A DNA stretch of 64,000 nucleotides from a candidate division WOR-3 bacterium (GTDB taxonomy: Bacteria > Hydrothermota > Hydrothermia > B15-G9 > WFZT01), in NCBI GenBank assembly GCA_027053075.1, contig JALUEE010000090.1, positions 1 through 64,000 of the forward strand, read 5' to 3'. A program made the position numbers and the translations under genes. Under the pieces are notes generated by a model. That model was not told the DNA's origin. It saw only the letters and a program-made list of their open reading frames with translations, and did not search any database. Positions 19,315 to 29,841 of this stretch are shown one piece after another. The first letter of the stretch is position 1. The number at the start of each line of letters is the position of its first letter.

Positions 19315-20595
19315 ATGAAGAAGCTCATCATCGCTATAGCTGTATTCGGAGCACTCTATATGACATCTTGTGCACCACCGGCTTCTCAGCAGGGTGCGAA
19401 TGTTACTGTTAAAAAAACAAAGAGAACCTATTCGCCGGACTCTGCCAAGATCTGGTTCTCCGTCGGCAAAGATTACCTGAATAAAAAGCGTTATGACGAC
19501 GCCATCAGGAACTTTAAGGTCTCAATTGAGTACGATTCAACATTCATTCCTGCATACCTGAACCTCGCATGGGCTTATCTACAGAAGGCACAGACGCTCA
19601 CAATGGATACCACATGGAAGGTTTATTACGATTCTGCGGCAACGGTTTACAGAAAGATCGCTCAGATAGATCCAAAAGACTCCAGAGGCTGGCAGGGGCT
19701 CGGATTCATGTATGGAATTTATAAAAATGACATAGACTCAGGAATTTATTTTTACAGAAAAGCCCTTGAGGTGGACCCCAACAACAATGATGCCCGCTAC
19801 GGATTGGCAAAGTTGCTGGATAGGGCGGGCAGGAAAGATGAGGCCGAAAAACTATACAAAGAGGCCCTTGCAAAAGACCCGAACAATCCGGGTTTGAATA
19901 AATCCTACGGGAGATTCCTTGCAGAACAGAAGAGATATGCGGAGGCAGTTCCATATCTTGAAAAAGTCATTTCAAAGACTCCTAACGATTACGAGTTGAT
20001 TGGATACCTTGCCAAGGGATACGAACAACTTGCACAGAAGGAGCAGGACCCCCAGAAGAAGGCCGAATATATTGATAAAGCCCTTTATTACTACGACAAA
20101 CTGATTGAGCACAATCCCAAGGATTACACCCTCTACATGAAGAAGGGGGACCTCTTGCTGATGAAGGGCGACGTGGACGGTGCAATTGCCCAGTATGACA
20201 AGGCGATAGAGCTTGCCCCAAATAGCCCCTATCCATACCTGAAGAAGGTTGCAGTGATAATTGACAAGAAACACGATCAGATTGCAGCCCGTAAGATACT
20301 TTTGAAGGCCATCTCCCTTGAGATTCCAGACCCTGTTCTCAAAGCCGCTGCTTATGCTCTGCTGGCTGATACCTATATCTACACGGGTCGCCAGTATTAC
20401 AAAAAGGCGAAGAAGGAAAAGATCAGAGACTACTACAAGGATGCTATGGACAATTACGACGAAGCAATCAAGTATCTTAAAAAAGTCCTTGAAATTCAGG
20501 GCGCGGGTAAATGGAAGGATTATGCGCAAAAGCAGCTTTTGAGGGTTCAGAAGCTGCGGAAATTTGCGTATCGTAAGTATGTTGGCATTGGGTAA
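19315..20595 (+). CDS. TPR-repeat lipoprotein
   Basis: MKKLIIAIAVFGALYMTSC lipobox, GGAGGT RBS, many TPR units. Confidence 0.88.
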   Translation: MKKLIIAIAVFGALYMTSCAPPASQQGANVTVKKTKRTYSPDSAKIWFSVGKDYLNKKRYDDAIRNFKVSIEYDSTFIPAYLNLAWAYLQKAQTLTMDTTWKVYYDSAATVYRKIAQIDPKDSRGWQGLGFMYGIYKNDIDSGIYFYRKALEVDPNNNDARYGLAKLLDRAGRKDEAEKLYKEALAKDPNNPGLNKSYGRFLAEQKRYAEAVPYLEKVISKTPNDYELIGYLAKGYEQLAQKEQDPQKKAEYIDKALYYYDKLIEHNPKDYTLYMKKGDLLLMKGDVDGAIAQYDKAIELAPNSPYPYLKKVAVIIDKKHDQIAARKILLKAISLEIPDPVLKAAAYALLADTYIYTGRQYYKKAKKEKIRDYYKDAMDNYDEAIKYLKKVLEIQGAGKWKDYAQKQLLRVQKLRKFAYRKYVGIG

Positions 20596-21104
20596 TGTCC
20601 GTTAAAGGAAGGGTACTTGTTTTAAATGGAAACTACGAACCTTTAAATGTAAGCACGGTAAAGAGGGCCGTTACCCTTGTTTATCTGGGGAAGGCCGAGA
20701 TAGTTCACAGGTATGATGGCGGGGTATTGCGAGCCGAAAGGCTCGCAATACCCCGCCCAAGTGTTATTAAACTCCGCTACTACATCAAAGTCAAAAGAAG
20801 AGAAATACCCCTCACCAAGAAAAATATTCTCAAAAGGGATAACTACACATGCCAGTACTGTGGCACGACTGAGGGGCCAATGACTGTTGACCATGTTATA
20901 CCCAAAAAATACGGCGGAAAAGATACCTGGGAGAATCTTGTTTGTGCCTGTTTTAAATGCAACAACAAGAAAGGGGATAGAACCCCTGAACAGGCTGGGA
21001 TGAAACTACTCAGAAAACCAAGGAAGCCACACTACTTCCTCTTTATCTTAAACGGTGAGAAAATCCCCGACGAAAAATGGAAACCCTATCTTTTCATGGT
21101 TTGA
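20595..21104 (+). CDS. HNH endonuclease
   Basis: VLVLN..YEPL, RD.YTCQYCG, TVDHV.P...GG..W.N.V.AC..CN. Confidence 0.92.
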   Translation: MSVKGRVLVLNGNYEPLNVSTVKRAVTLVYLGKAEIVHRYDGGVLRAERLAIPRPSVIKLRYYIKVKRREIPLTKKNILKRDNYTCQYCGTTEGPMTVDHVIPKKYGGKDTWENLVCACFKCNNKKGDRTPEQAGMKLLRKPRKPHYFLFILNGEKIPDEKWKPYLFMV

Positions 21105-21143
21105 GAATTTGCAAAGCCTTCCCCTCCATTATTTCGGAACGGG

Positions 21144-22019
21144 TTAGAGGGGTTCTACTGCTGGTTCCTCACCTTCAGCAAAATAGTTGATGACTATGCC
21201 AGCAAGGATAAAGAGGGAGCCTACTACCTGAAGTGTTTTAACACCTTCACCAAGGATGAAGTAGGCAAGAATTGCAGAGCCAATGGGCTCACCAAGAATC
21301 AAAACTGTTACGAAGGTCGCAGACGTATGCTTCAGGGCCCAGTTGAAAGACGTGTGACCAATAATCTGTGGAATAAGCGCAAGAAGCACAAAATATTTGA
21401 AAACGTCAACCGGATAACTTTTTATTGGTGTTCCGGTAAGGACGCAAAAAATATAGAGAAACACCGAGGCTGAAAGGTAAACGGGGAACACATACTCAAT
21501 CAATCCCGCGTGTTTCCTCGTTCTCCTGCCAATCAAAAAATAGATGGAAATCATTATAGAGCCAAGAATAGAAAGGACATCCCCCTTCAAATTGGCAAGT
21601 CCTACAAGCCTGTCGGAATAGCCCACAATCAGTCCACCTAAAAGTGAAACAAAAATACCAGTCCAGGCAAGCAAAGACGGTTTCTCTTTTAGGAAAATCC
21701 AGGATAGAATACCCACGAAAACCGGGTTCATGGTTACAAGAACTACCGAACTCAGGACGGATGTGTATTTTAGAGAGCTTATCCAGAATGCAAAGTGTAA
21801 TGCCATAAAGAGCCCCGCAAGCACCTCGTAGCGAAAATCTTCTCCAAGCCTTCCACCCTTCAGGGCATAGACCGGGGAAATGAAGAGGGTTGCAAGAAAA
21901 AGTCTGTAAAATGCGATAACAAGGGCTGGAACCTGTGGAACCAGTTTGATAAAAATACTTGCAAACGAAACAGATATAACCCCTATTAAAACTACGGTAA
22001 AAACTTTGAATCTGGACAT
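21144..22019 (-). CDS. DMT/EamA family transporter
   Basis: AFYRL, ALHF.FW..SL..TSV, GHTSFNWAL, GEP. Confidence 0.9.
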   Translation of the reverse strand: MSRFKVFTVVLIGVISVSFASIFIKLVPQVPALVIAFYRLFLATLFISPVYALKGGRLGEDFRYEVLAGLFMALHFAFWISSLKYTSVLSSVVLVTMNPVFVGILSWIFLKEKPSLLAWTGIFVSLLGGLIVGYSDRLVGLANLKGDVLSILGSIMISIYFLIGRRTRKHAGLIEYVFPVYLSASVFLYIFCVLTGTPIKSYPVDVFKYFVLLALIPQIIGHTSFNWALKHTSATFVTVLILGEPIGSAILAYFILGEGVKTLQVVGSLFILAGIVINYFAEGEEPAVEPL

Positions 22020-22027
22020 TCAGGAGT

Positions 22028-22423
22028 TTAAATGTCTATGTGCTTTTTCTCATTCCGCTTCAGGTCAAGTGATGAGGTGAGGAAAAATATCTCCAGGGTA
22101 TTCCAGACCTCTGCCTCCAGGAGATGACCGCCTTTAACTTCTCCACTTTTCAGGCCAACTACGGCGTGGATATGATATGGAGGCTCCGCATTCTTCATAA
22201 GAGAGCCACTCAGTGCGAGTACCTCAACCGGCTCTGGAATAAGATGTTCGATGTATTTCCCCTTCTCGAAGTATCCAAGCTTTACGCCGCGAAACATACC
22301 GAGACCAGATAGAATGATCTTCAATGGCTCACCTGTTTCGATCAAATCTTTTAAGCCAGCGATAAAATTCTCTCCGTCATCAAACCTTGCAACCAATACT
22401 CCATCTTTTTCCACAAACTTCAT
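22028..22423 (-). CDS. PPC/DUF296 domain protein
   Basis: E..ALSG, HIH and GGHL motifs. Confidence 0.85.
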   Translation of the reverse strand: MKFVEKDGVLVARFDDGENFIAGLKDLIETGEPLKIILSGLGMFRGVKLGYFEKGKYIEHLIPEPVEVLALSGSLMKNAEPPYHIHAVVGLKSGEVKGGHLLEAEVWNTLEIFFLTSSLDLKRNEKKHIDI

Positions 22424-23334
22424 TGCATTTCCTCCTCTTTAACACTTTCAAGTGCAGCCTTTACCATTGCCCTTAAATTTATAAGGTAAGCCTCAATAGG
22501 CTGATACACCTGCTCCTTTTCGTAGTCCTCCATCGTTATGATTTTTACCACTTTTTCTGTGTCACCAAATCTTCTGTAAAGGCTAATTATTCGGTTGCGA
22601 TAATCCATGGTTGTTCTAAGGTGCTTTTCAATATGCTCTCTCACCTGGTCTTTCCCCTTTACCACACCTGAGTGGGGGAGACACAGTAGCTCTATATCAA
22701 GTTTTTTTAGAAGTTCAATGGATTTCGCATATTCGTCGTAGTTCGAAAGAAACTCAGCCATGATGCTACCTGAGCCCGTGTAAACTCCAAGTCCATCGCT
22801 GCCAAATACCGCTTTATCGGGTGTCAGGTAGTAGGTCACTGAGTCTTTAGTGTGCCCCGGTGTATAAAAAACTTTCATTTCCACTCCATCGCCAAGATCA
22901 AAAACTTCACCATCTTCAGCTACATGGTCAACTTCAATTGTGTCAATCTCGGCTGCTTTCTTCCAGTCTTCATCAATGTTCGGATCAAATCTAAGGGATT
23001 GTCTGTTAAGCTCCCGGATGATTTCCATGGCCCGGGGATTTGAGAAAACCTTTGCTGCATAGGGGTGGGCAACCACCTTTATTCGTGGATTGATCCTTTT
23101 TATGTAGGAAACAAGCCCCACATGGTCATAGTGAGAATGGGTAAGAAAAAGGTAATCCAGTTTGTCAAATCCACCAATGGTCTTTTCCACATCGTGGGTT
23201 AGCCCCTTAACGTTCACTGTCATCCCTGCATCCACAAGTGCCTTTGATGGGGCATCAATAATGTAGAACGACATCATGGCGTCCCCGACAAAATGGACAT
23301 GTTCGGATACTCTTGAGGGCTCCAATATCCTCAT
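22420..23334 (-). CDS. Metallo-beta-lactamase-fold hydrolase
   Basis: THSHYDHVG, TPGHT, D and H metal ligands. Confidence 0.88.
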   Translation of the reverse strand: MRILEPSRVSEHVHFVGDAMMSFYIIDAPSKALVDAGMTVNVKGLTHDVEKTIGGFDKLDYLFLTHSHYDHVGLVSYIKRINPRIKVVAHPYAAKVFSNPRAMEIIRELNRQSLRFDPNIDEDWKKAAEIDTIEVDHVAEDGEVFDLGDGVEMKVFYTPGHTKDSVTYYLTPDKAVFGSDGLGVYTGSGSIMAEFLSNYDEYAKSIELLKKLDIELLCLPHSGVVKGKDQVREHIEKHLRTTMDYRNRIISLYRRFGDTEKVVKIITMEDYEKEQVYQPIEAYLINLRAMVKAALESVKEEEMQ

Positions 23335-23837
23335 TTCTGTTTAGTGGTTGAGAGTTTTGTTATGGTCTCATAAATCTTCGCAAGGTCTCTTTTCTCTTCT
23401 TCGATGACCTTTTCAATCATCAGGCGGGCTTCCATGTCATGGATATAGTTGGCAAGTTCCTGATAGAGAAGAATTGCATTTTTCTTATGCTCCTTCGCAA
23501 GCTTCAGAGCGTCAAGCGGGTCTTTTATCCCCTTTAAAACTTCGTCCTTGTTTTTTCTGTTTACAAAGATGTTTTCGTCGATGATGAACTTGAAAAATTC
23601 TTCCATGCCCGGAGGTCCACATAGCTCATCCTCAATGGCTTTATCCTCACAGACCCGTGCCTTGAGACTCGAGAAAATATCGCGATGTTCCTTCTCCCTC
23701 TCGAGAATTTCCTTGAAAAGACCCTTGAGCTCCGGGTCTTTTACTGTTTCCACCACGTAGTTGTAGCAGAAAATGGTTTCATCAAAAATGGAGAGGATAA
23801 GGTCAATAACGTCCAGGACTTTAATCTTTTCCTTCAT
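23331..23837 (-). CDS. Ferritin-like/rubrerythrin-family protein with degenerate diiron ligands
   Basis: Two helix-pair repeats; EKEH in the first, EKRD in the second. Confidence 0.75.
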   Translation of the reverse strand: MKEKIKVLDVIDLILSIFDETIFCYNYVVETVKDPELKGLFKEILEREKEHRDIFSSLKARVCEDKAIEDELCGPPGMEEFFKFIIDENIFVNRKNKDEVLKGIKDPLDALKLAKEHKKNAILLYQELANYIHDMEARLMIEKVIEEEKRDLAKIYETITKLSTTKQK

Positions 23838-24627
23838 TATTCCCTCCTTTTAAAACACGTGCTTTTATCTCTTTTAACCTTTGCTGAGTGGCATCAAGAA
23901 TCTCAAACTCAATGTTACCTATGGTGAACTTTTCACCAACTTTTGGCACACGGTCGAGCTTCTCCAGGATGTAGCCACTCAATGTATTGACCTCCTCGGA
24001 TTCGAGGTCTACGCCAAGCACCTTCGATGCCTCGTCGAGGTCAATCCTCGCCTTGAAGATAACGCTACCGTCATCCAGTTTTCTGTATAAAATTTCTTCC
24101 CTGTCAAATTCCTCCCAGATTTCACCCACGATTTCCTCGATCAAGTCTTCGAGTGTCACAAGCCCTGTAACACTTCCAAATTCGTCCACAACCATGGCAA
24201 TAGAAATATGCTTTGCCTGGAAGAATCTCAAGCTATCCAGTACTTTTTTATTCTCTGGAATGAAGACGGGCCTCATCATCAGGTCGCTAACGGTAAATTT
24301 ATCAATCTTATCCAGATGCTTGAGTACCTCCTTCATATACAGGATGCCGACCACATTATCAGAGCGTTCCCTTATCACTGGCATCTTTGAGAAACCGTTC
24401 TTCTTGTAAACTTCGATGGCCTCTCTTAGTGGCATGGATGCTTTGACAGTAACCATGTCAACTCTGGGTTTCATCACCTCTTCAACCTGCTTGTCCGAAA
24501 TATCCATGAGCCTTTCCACTATCATCTTCAGGTGTTGGGGGATAATTTCTTTTTCAGCTGCCTTCTCAAATATTTCCTTTAGTTCTTCAATGTTGTTTAC
24601 GTTGCAAAATAGGTTAATCCATCGCAT
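23821..24627 (-). CDS. CBS-pair + CorC/HlyC domain protein
   Basis: VMKPR, FSKMPV, VVDEFG...GLVTLEDLIEEIVGEI; no DUF21 TM part. Confidence 0.88.
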   Translation of the reverse strand: MRWINLFCNVNNIEELKEIFEKAAEKEIIPQHLKMIVERLMDISDKQVEEVMKPRVDMVTVKASMPLREAIEVYKKNGFSKMPVIRERSDNVVGILYMKEVLKHLDKIDKFTVSDLMMRPVFIPENKKVLDSLRFFQAKHISIAMVVDEFGSVTGLVTLEDLIEEIVGEIWEEFDREEILYRKLDDGSVIFKARIDLDEASKVLGVDLESEEVNTLSGYILEKLDRVPKVGEKFTIGNIEFEILDATQQRLKEIKARVLKGGNNEGKD

Positions 24628-25282
24628 TTTCTATTATCTCGCTCCCCTCAGGCGGAACTACGAGTCCGCCCGAAACAACCATTTTTATAGCATCTTCAAT
24701 ACTGATGTTAAGGTACTTCACCTTCGATTCTTCCACTATTATATACCAACCCGAAGTCGGATTTGGAGTTGTGGGAATAAAAACATTTAGCAAATTTCCC
24801 CTACCGGTACGCCATTTCTCGCTATTGGTTATAAATCCTATGGCGAAACTCCCTTCATAAGGAAACTCAACAAGTACCGCATGGGCAAAGGAGCGGTTTT
24901 GCGTTGAAAACGCATTTATCAATTGCTTTGTGCCAACATAAATACTTCTCACAAAAGGGATTTTCTCAATTATTGACTCACCGTACCCAAGAATCTCGCG
25001 GCCAATAAAGCTCGAAGAGAAAATCCCCACTATGTAGATGATGAAAACAAGAAGCACAAGGGCAACAAGGGTCAGGAAAAACTGGGGAATCCAGCTCAGC
25101 AGAGGAAAGTGTGAGAGAATGGAGGCGAGTTTGCCTCCTATAGCTGCAACTATCACCCAGATGACATAAAGTGTGATTAGAACGGGTGCTAATGTTATAA
25201 GGCCGGTTACGAAGTTCCTTCGAAAGGGTGGAGGCTCAACCTCTCGTGCCTTTTTTATGAGTTCTTCAAATTTTGCCTTCAT
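24614..25282 (-). CDS. DUF502 membrane protein
   Basis: IPFVRSIY..KQ, VEFP, FIPTTPNPTSG. Confidence 0.92.
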   Translation of the reverse strand: MKAKFEELIKKAREVEPPPFRRNFVTGLITLAPVLITLYVIWVIVAAIGGKLASILSHFPLLSWIPQFFLTLVALVLLVFIIYIVGIFSSSFIGREILGYGESIIEKIPFVRSIYVGTKQLINAFSTQNRSFAHAVLVEFPYEGSFAIGFITNSEKWRTGRGNLLNVFIPTTPNPTSGWYIIVEESKVKYLNISIEDAIKMVVSGGLVVPPEGSEIIENAMD

Positions 25283-26663
25283 CTTTTATCCCCATCCTCT
25301 TTTTAATTTCTCCTGCAGCAACAAGCCCGGAAATTGCCGAGTGCAGAAGACCTCTTGTAATCCCTGCACCGTCACCAATAGTGAAAAGTCCCTGTACAGA
25401 AGTTTCAAGGGACTTACTGACCTCAATCCTATTGGAGTAGAACTTAACTTCAACCCCATACAGCAAAGTATAGGGTGAAGCCACACCAGGTGCAATTTTA
25501 TCGAGAGCCTCGAGCATTTCGATCAGGTTCACAAGGTACCTGTATGGAAGAATAAAAGATATGTCACCGGGGACAGCACTTTCAAGTGTTGGTTTTACTG
25601 GGTTTTTGGAAATTCTCCTCTCTGTAGACCTACGCCCTCTCATGAGATCACCTAACCTCTGAAGAAGCACACCGCCGGAGATCAGGTTTGCAAGTCTTAC
25701 TATGGATTTCCCAAATGTTATTGGATCATTAAAGGGCTCAGTGAAACTTGTTGAAACCAGCAGGGCAAAGTTGGTATTTTCTGAAATAGGCTCCGTATTG
25801 GAAAATCCGTTGACCGTGATGACATCTTCTGCGAATTCCTGAACCACCACACCATTGGGATTAACGCAGAAAGTTCTAATTCTATCGTCAAACTTCTGAG
25901 AGTAGTAAATTAGCTTGGGCTCGTATACCACTTTTGTCAGGTGGTCCATAATGGATGCAGGAAGCTCCACTCTTACACCGATATCCACTGGATTGGGGTG
26001 CGTTTTTAAACCTAATTTTTTTGCCTGCTTGGCCATCCAGGTCGCCCCTGCTCGCCCCGGCGCCACAATGACAAAGTCTGCATGATACTCATTTCTCTTA
26101 CTTCTTACTCCATAAACCTTGCCATCTTTAGCAAGAATTTCCTCGACCTTTTCGTTGAAATGAATATCAATCCCGAGCCTATCCACATAATTTCTCATGC
26201 TCTCGAGAACCTTAAAGCCACCGTCTGTGCCAAGATGCCTGATAGGGGTTGGAACGAAAACGAGTCCATGCTTCTGGGCCTCATACTTAATTTTCCTTAT
26301 GGCGTCGTCGTCAGTTCCAAATAGCCTGTCTGGAGCACCAAATTCAAGCAGTCTGCTGTCCACATATTTCATTAATCTCAGGAAACTGTGGTTTTCGATG
26401 TATTTTTCGAGGTTGCCGCCCACCTGTGGTGAAAGCGTAATTTTCCCATCTGAAAATGCGCCCGCACCGCCAAATCCTGAAATCAGAGGACACACGGGGC
26501 ATCTGAGGCATATTTTCTTATAGTCTATGGCGGGACAACGGCGTTTTTTTAAATCAGGCCCTTTTTCGATGATTATAACATTAAGTCCAGCCTCTGCGAG
26601 TTCAATGGCAGAAAACAAACCTGCAGGACCCGCACCAACGATTATAACGTCGTACTTTTCCAT
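25266..26663 (-). CDS. FAD-dependent oxidoreductase (COG2509-like)
   Basis: GAGPAG, Cys cluster, GGAGAFSDGK, RTFC.NP.G, GDGAG.TRGL. Confidence 0.88.
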   Translation of the reverse strand: MEKYDVIIVGAGPAGLFSAIELAEAGLNVIIIEKGPDLKKRRCPAIDYKKICLRCPVCPLISGFGGAGAFSDGKITLSPQVGGNLEKYIENHSFLRLMKYVDSRLLEFGAPDRLFGTDDDAIRKIKYEAQKHGLVFVPTPIRHLGTDGGFKVLESMRNYVDRLGIDIHFNEKVEEILAKDGKVYGVRSKRNEYHADFVIVAPGRAGATWMAKQAKKLGLKTHPNPVDIGVRVELPASIMDHLTKVVYEPKLIYYSQKFDDRIRTFCVNPNGVVVQEFAEDVITVNGFSNTEPISENTNFALLVSTSFTEPFNDPITFGKSIVRLANLISGGVLLQRLGDLMRGRRSTERRISKNPVKPTLESAVPGDISFILPYRYLVNLIEMLEALDKIAPGVASPYTLLYGVEVKFYSNRIEVSKSLETSVQGLFTIGDGAGITRGLLHSAISGLVAAGEIKKRMGIKDEGKI

Positions 26664-28082
26664 TTATTCAACAATGGAAACTTTCATCAGGTTTGTGCGT
26701 CCCTTCACCCAGAGTGGGTAGCCAGCTACTGTCACGTAGAGGTCGCCTTTTTCAAGAACTTTCCGTTCGAGCCCGATGTCTTCTGCAAGCTCAAAGATGC
26801 TCTCTACCTGCTCAACCTTGCGGTTTATCACATGGTAATCAACGCCAAAGAGAATGAGCATCTTGCGCGCTACATCCATAGATGGAGTGATGGCCAAAAC
26901 TGGCATTCGTGGACGCAGTTTGGAGATAAATTTCGCCGTAAATCCACTCTTTGTGAAAACAATAATGGCCTTTGCGCCAAGCTCCACTGCACTTTCCACA
27001 GCAGCACGCGCCACGGACCTTGCAATAGGCGAGCGTTTGAATGATATACTCTCGAATGGAGGCAAAGCCTCTTCCACAGTGGAGGCAACATTTTCAAGTG
27101 TTTCAATGACTTTGACTGGATATTTGCCGATACTCGTTTCTTCGGTCACAAGAAGGGCATCCGAGCCATCAAAAATGGCATTGGCAATGTCTGAAACCTC
27201 TGCTCTTGTGGGAGTCTCGTGGGTAACCATGGACTCGAGAATCTGTGTGGCCGTTATAACGGGTTTTGAATACTCTTTGGCGAGTTTGATTATCCTCTTC
27301 TGCGCGAGGGGGACAAGGGGCAGGGAAATTTCCACACCCAGATCACCACGGGCCACAATTACGCCATCAGAGACCTGCATTATTTCCGGCAGGTTGTCGA
27401 GCGCTGCCTTGCACTCGATTTTAGAAATTATCCAGGGATGTTCTTTTTTGTTGCCGAGTTTGCTTTGAATCAATTCCTTTACATATTTAACATCACCAGC
27501 GGTTCTCACAAATGAAAGTGCCACAAAATCCACACCAAGTTCAAGCGAGATATCAAGGTCAGCCCTGTCCTTATCAGTCAAAATGGGCAGATTTTTCAAT
27601 GCCCCGGGTACATTGACCCCTTTACCGACCTTTATTTCACCGCCGACAAGACATATTGCCTCAAGGTATCTTCTTGATTTTTTGACCACCTGAAAACGAA
27701 CTTTACCATCGTTCACAAGTATCATATCGCCTTCATTTACGTCATCTACGAAGTCTCGAAAGTCCACAACGATAACATTTTCTTCCTCGACATCTTCAAA
27801 TCCCGTGAACCGCACGACATCTCCCTTTTTGACATTCATTGGGGATGCAGCAAGTTTCTTAATCCTCACTTTGGGACCGTGGAGATCGGCCATGATACCG
27901 ATGGGGCGATTAAGCTCCTTCTCAAGCTCTCTTAGGAGCCCGTGATACTCCCGGAAAGTTTCGTGGTTTGTGAAGGAGAAGTTGAATCTGAAAACATCTG
28001 TTCCCGCGAGGACCATGTTTTTAATGGTCTCCCGGTCAAAGGTGCTTGGCCCAAGGGTTGCAAGAATCTTAGTCTTTGACAT
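26664..28082 (-). CDS. pyk: Pyruvate kinase with several divergent motifs
   Basis: TKI.ATLGP, GPK.R, KIE, VARGDLG, ATQ.LESM, PTRAEVSD.ANA. Confidence 0.92.
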   Translation of the reverse strand: MSKTKILATLGPSTFDRETIKNMVLAGTDVFRFNFSFTNHETFREYHGLLRELEKELNRPIGIMADLHGPKVRIKKLAASPMNVKKGDVVRFTGFEDVEEENVIVVDFRDFVDDVNEGDMILVNDGKVRFQVVKKSRRYLEAICLVGGEIKVGKGVNVPGALKNLPILTDKDRADLDISLELGVDFVALSFVRTAGDVKYVKELIQSKLGNKKEHPWIISKIECKAALDNLPEIMQVSDGVIVARGDLGVEISLPLVPLAQKRIIKLAKEYSKPVITATQILESMVTHETPTRAEVSDIANAIFDGSDALLVTEETSIGKYPVKVIETLENVASTVEEALPPFESISFKRSPIARSVARAAVESAVELGAKAIIVFTKSGFTAKFISKLRPRMPVLAITPSMDVARKMLILFGVDYHVINRKVEQVESIFELAEDIGLERKVLEKGDLYVTVAGYPLWVKGRTNLMKVSIVE

Positions 28083-28812
28083 TTTTCAATTCCTCCAGAA
28101 TCTCAGGCAATATTTCTCCTGCCTTGCCCATAAAAGAAAAGTCGGCAATTGCCGTAACAGGTGTTTTTTCAATGTTAACTTCGATTATAAGAGCTCCCAT
28201 TTCTTTTGCCTCGAATGGGAGCTGTGCTGCAGGATAGACGACTGCCGACGTGCCTATTACAAAGAAAAATTCGGAATTTCTCGCGATTTCAAAACTCTTT
28301 CTGAGTGCATCGGGTGGTAGCATTTCACCAAACCATACCACGTCAGGCCTGAGAAGTGCACCGCACTCAGGACACCTGGGAAGCTCACCTTCCCGTATCT
28401 CAAAATCAGTGTAAATTTTGCCGCAGCCGGTACATCTGGCACGGAGGAGATTCCCGTGGAGCTCTATAACGTTCTTCGAGCCCGCCTTTTGATGGAGATT
28501 GTCAACATTCTGAGTGATGGTGTGGAATTCCTCAAAAATGGATTCAAATTCCTTTAAGGTGTAGTGAGCGGGATTTGGTTCAGTGCTTTTGACGAGTTTG
28601 ATACGCCAATTGTACCATTCCCATACCAGTTTGGGGTTTCTCATGAAGGCCTCGGGAGTTGCCAGGTCCTCCGGCCGGTATTTATTCCACAAACCATCTT
28701 TCCCGCGGAAAGTTGGGACGCCGCTCTCACTGGAGACTCCGGCTCCAGTGAGAGCGGCGCCTCTTTTCATTTTACTCAAAATCCTGGCAAGCTCCCTGAT
28801 TTTTGGGTTCAT
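28069..28812 (-). CDS. cobB: Sirtuin NAD-dependent deacylase, class III
   Basis: GAGVS.ESG.PTFRG, YxxR, TQNVD.LH, ELHG, Zn Cys pairs. Confidence 0.93.
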   Translation of the reverse strand: MNPKIRELARILSKMKRGAALTGAGVSSESGVPTFRGKDGLWNKYRPEDLATPEAFMRNPKLVWEWYNWRIKLVKSTEPNPAHYTLKEFESIFEEFHTITQNVDNLHQKAGSKNVIELHGNLLRARCTGCGKIYTDFEIREGELPRCPECGALLRPDVVWFGEMLPPDALRKSFEIARNSEFFFVIGTSAVVYPAAQLPFEAKEMGALIIEVNIEKTPVTAIADFSFMGKAGEILPEILEELKNVKD

Positions 28813-29309
28813 TCCCTGCTCCAGTAGACCCTCAAAAGTTTTTGGCTATCAGAAAATGAAAATTCAAGCTCGCCCTGATGGGCCTTATGAACCGCCTTGC
28901 CAAGCTTTTTGGCAAGGGTTTCAGTAGTGGTCTCGATAACGAGACCATCATCGGTTTCCTTGATACTCATAATTCTTGCAAGGGGATTGCGTTTCATTTC
29001 ATATTCGGCCTCATTTTTAATGAGATTCAAAATCTCTTGCTTGTTCTCTTTAACGTAATCACCAACAAGCTCCACAATCCCCAGAGGGTAATGATCCTCG
29101 ATTTTTCTGCATGCCGGGCATTTCTTAAAGTTGACTTTACTTTTGTCTTTCATGAGCTCTTTGTAATAATCCTCATCCCAGAACCACCTTTTATTGTGGT
29201 AAATAAGTTTGCAGGAAGGACAGATTGTCGGGTCTTTGTACTGGGACTTGTCCATGTATGGATCGTGCAACTTCATGTCGTAGAGTTTATCAATTCTTTT
29301 CATCGTCAT
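28809..29309 (-). CDS. BCAM0308-like (NMD3-related) Zn-ribbon protein
   Basis: HDPY, CPSC..Y...RW, CPACRKI.D.YP.G, PLARIM. Confidence 0.75.
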   Translation of the reverse strand: MTMKRIDKLYDMKLHDPYMDKSQYKDPTICPSCKLIYHNKRWFWDEDYYKELMKDKSKVNFKKCPACRKIEDHYPLGIVELVGDYVKENKQEILNLIKNEAEYEMKRNPLARIMSIKETDDGLVIETTTETLAKKLGKAVHKAHQGELEFSFSDSQKLLRVYWSRE

Positions 29310-29539
29310 TCCTCCATTTTTCTATTCTCGTTTTTAGTTTAATAACCACTCATACCACTGTCAAGGATAGGGGGGGCGTTTCTATTCTGCACAAGCGGTG
29401 TTTATTGTGGGTATTTCTTCATCCTTCGCTTACCTGGTGAGGGCACAGGATTGGTTATTACTCCTGGAAATCAAAGATATGGTAATCATTTAAACGGGGA
29501 TTAACGGGTTCTTCACTCGAAAAGATTCCATTATGTAAC

Positions 29540-29800
29540 CCTTTCTCGCTCCTTTCCCGTAAGAATTTACACGGGGAGAGGAAGTCTTATCTAATACCAA
29601 ATCAAATTGTTGGGCCTACAACTTTTGCTATAGACTGAGTGAATTGCCACATATCAATTCCTGCAAGCACAACCTATGTGCATGGAGCACCGAAGGCACT
29701 TTCTTCATAAGTGAACCCTCTACCCGAAATTGGTAAGAATACTTATCTCCCCCGCGCTTTGCGCGGGGGAAGGCGACGGGTGGGGACATTCCGCTTAAAA
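29540..29800. repeat. Pair of BoxC/REP-like hairpin modules
   Basis: AGAATTTACACGGGGAGAGGAAGT (identical near 38696) and CCCCGCGCTTTGCGCGGGG...ATTCCGCTT (as near 60961). Confidence 0.8.
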
Positions 29801-29841
29801 ACTATGTAAACAATGTTCCCCGGTCTCAAGCTCCAATAAAT

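Noticed and set aside
20595..21104. HNH gene as a defence or mobile element
   Set aside because: It matches the widespread chromosomal VLVLN..YEPL type and has no methylase, IS ends or defence neighbours
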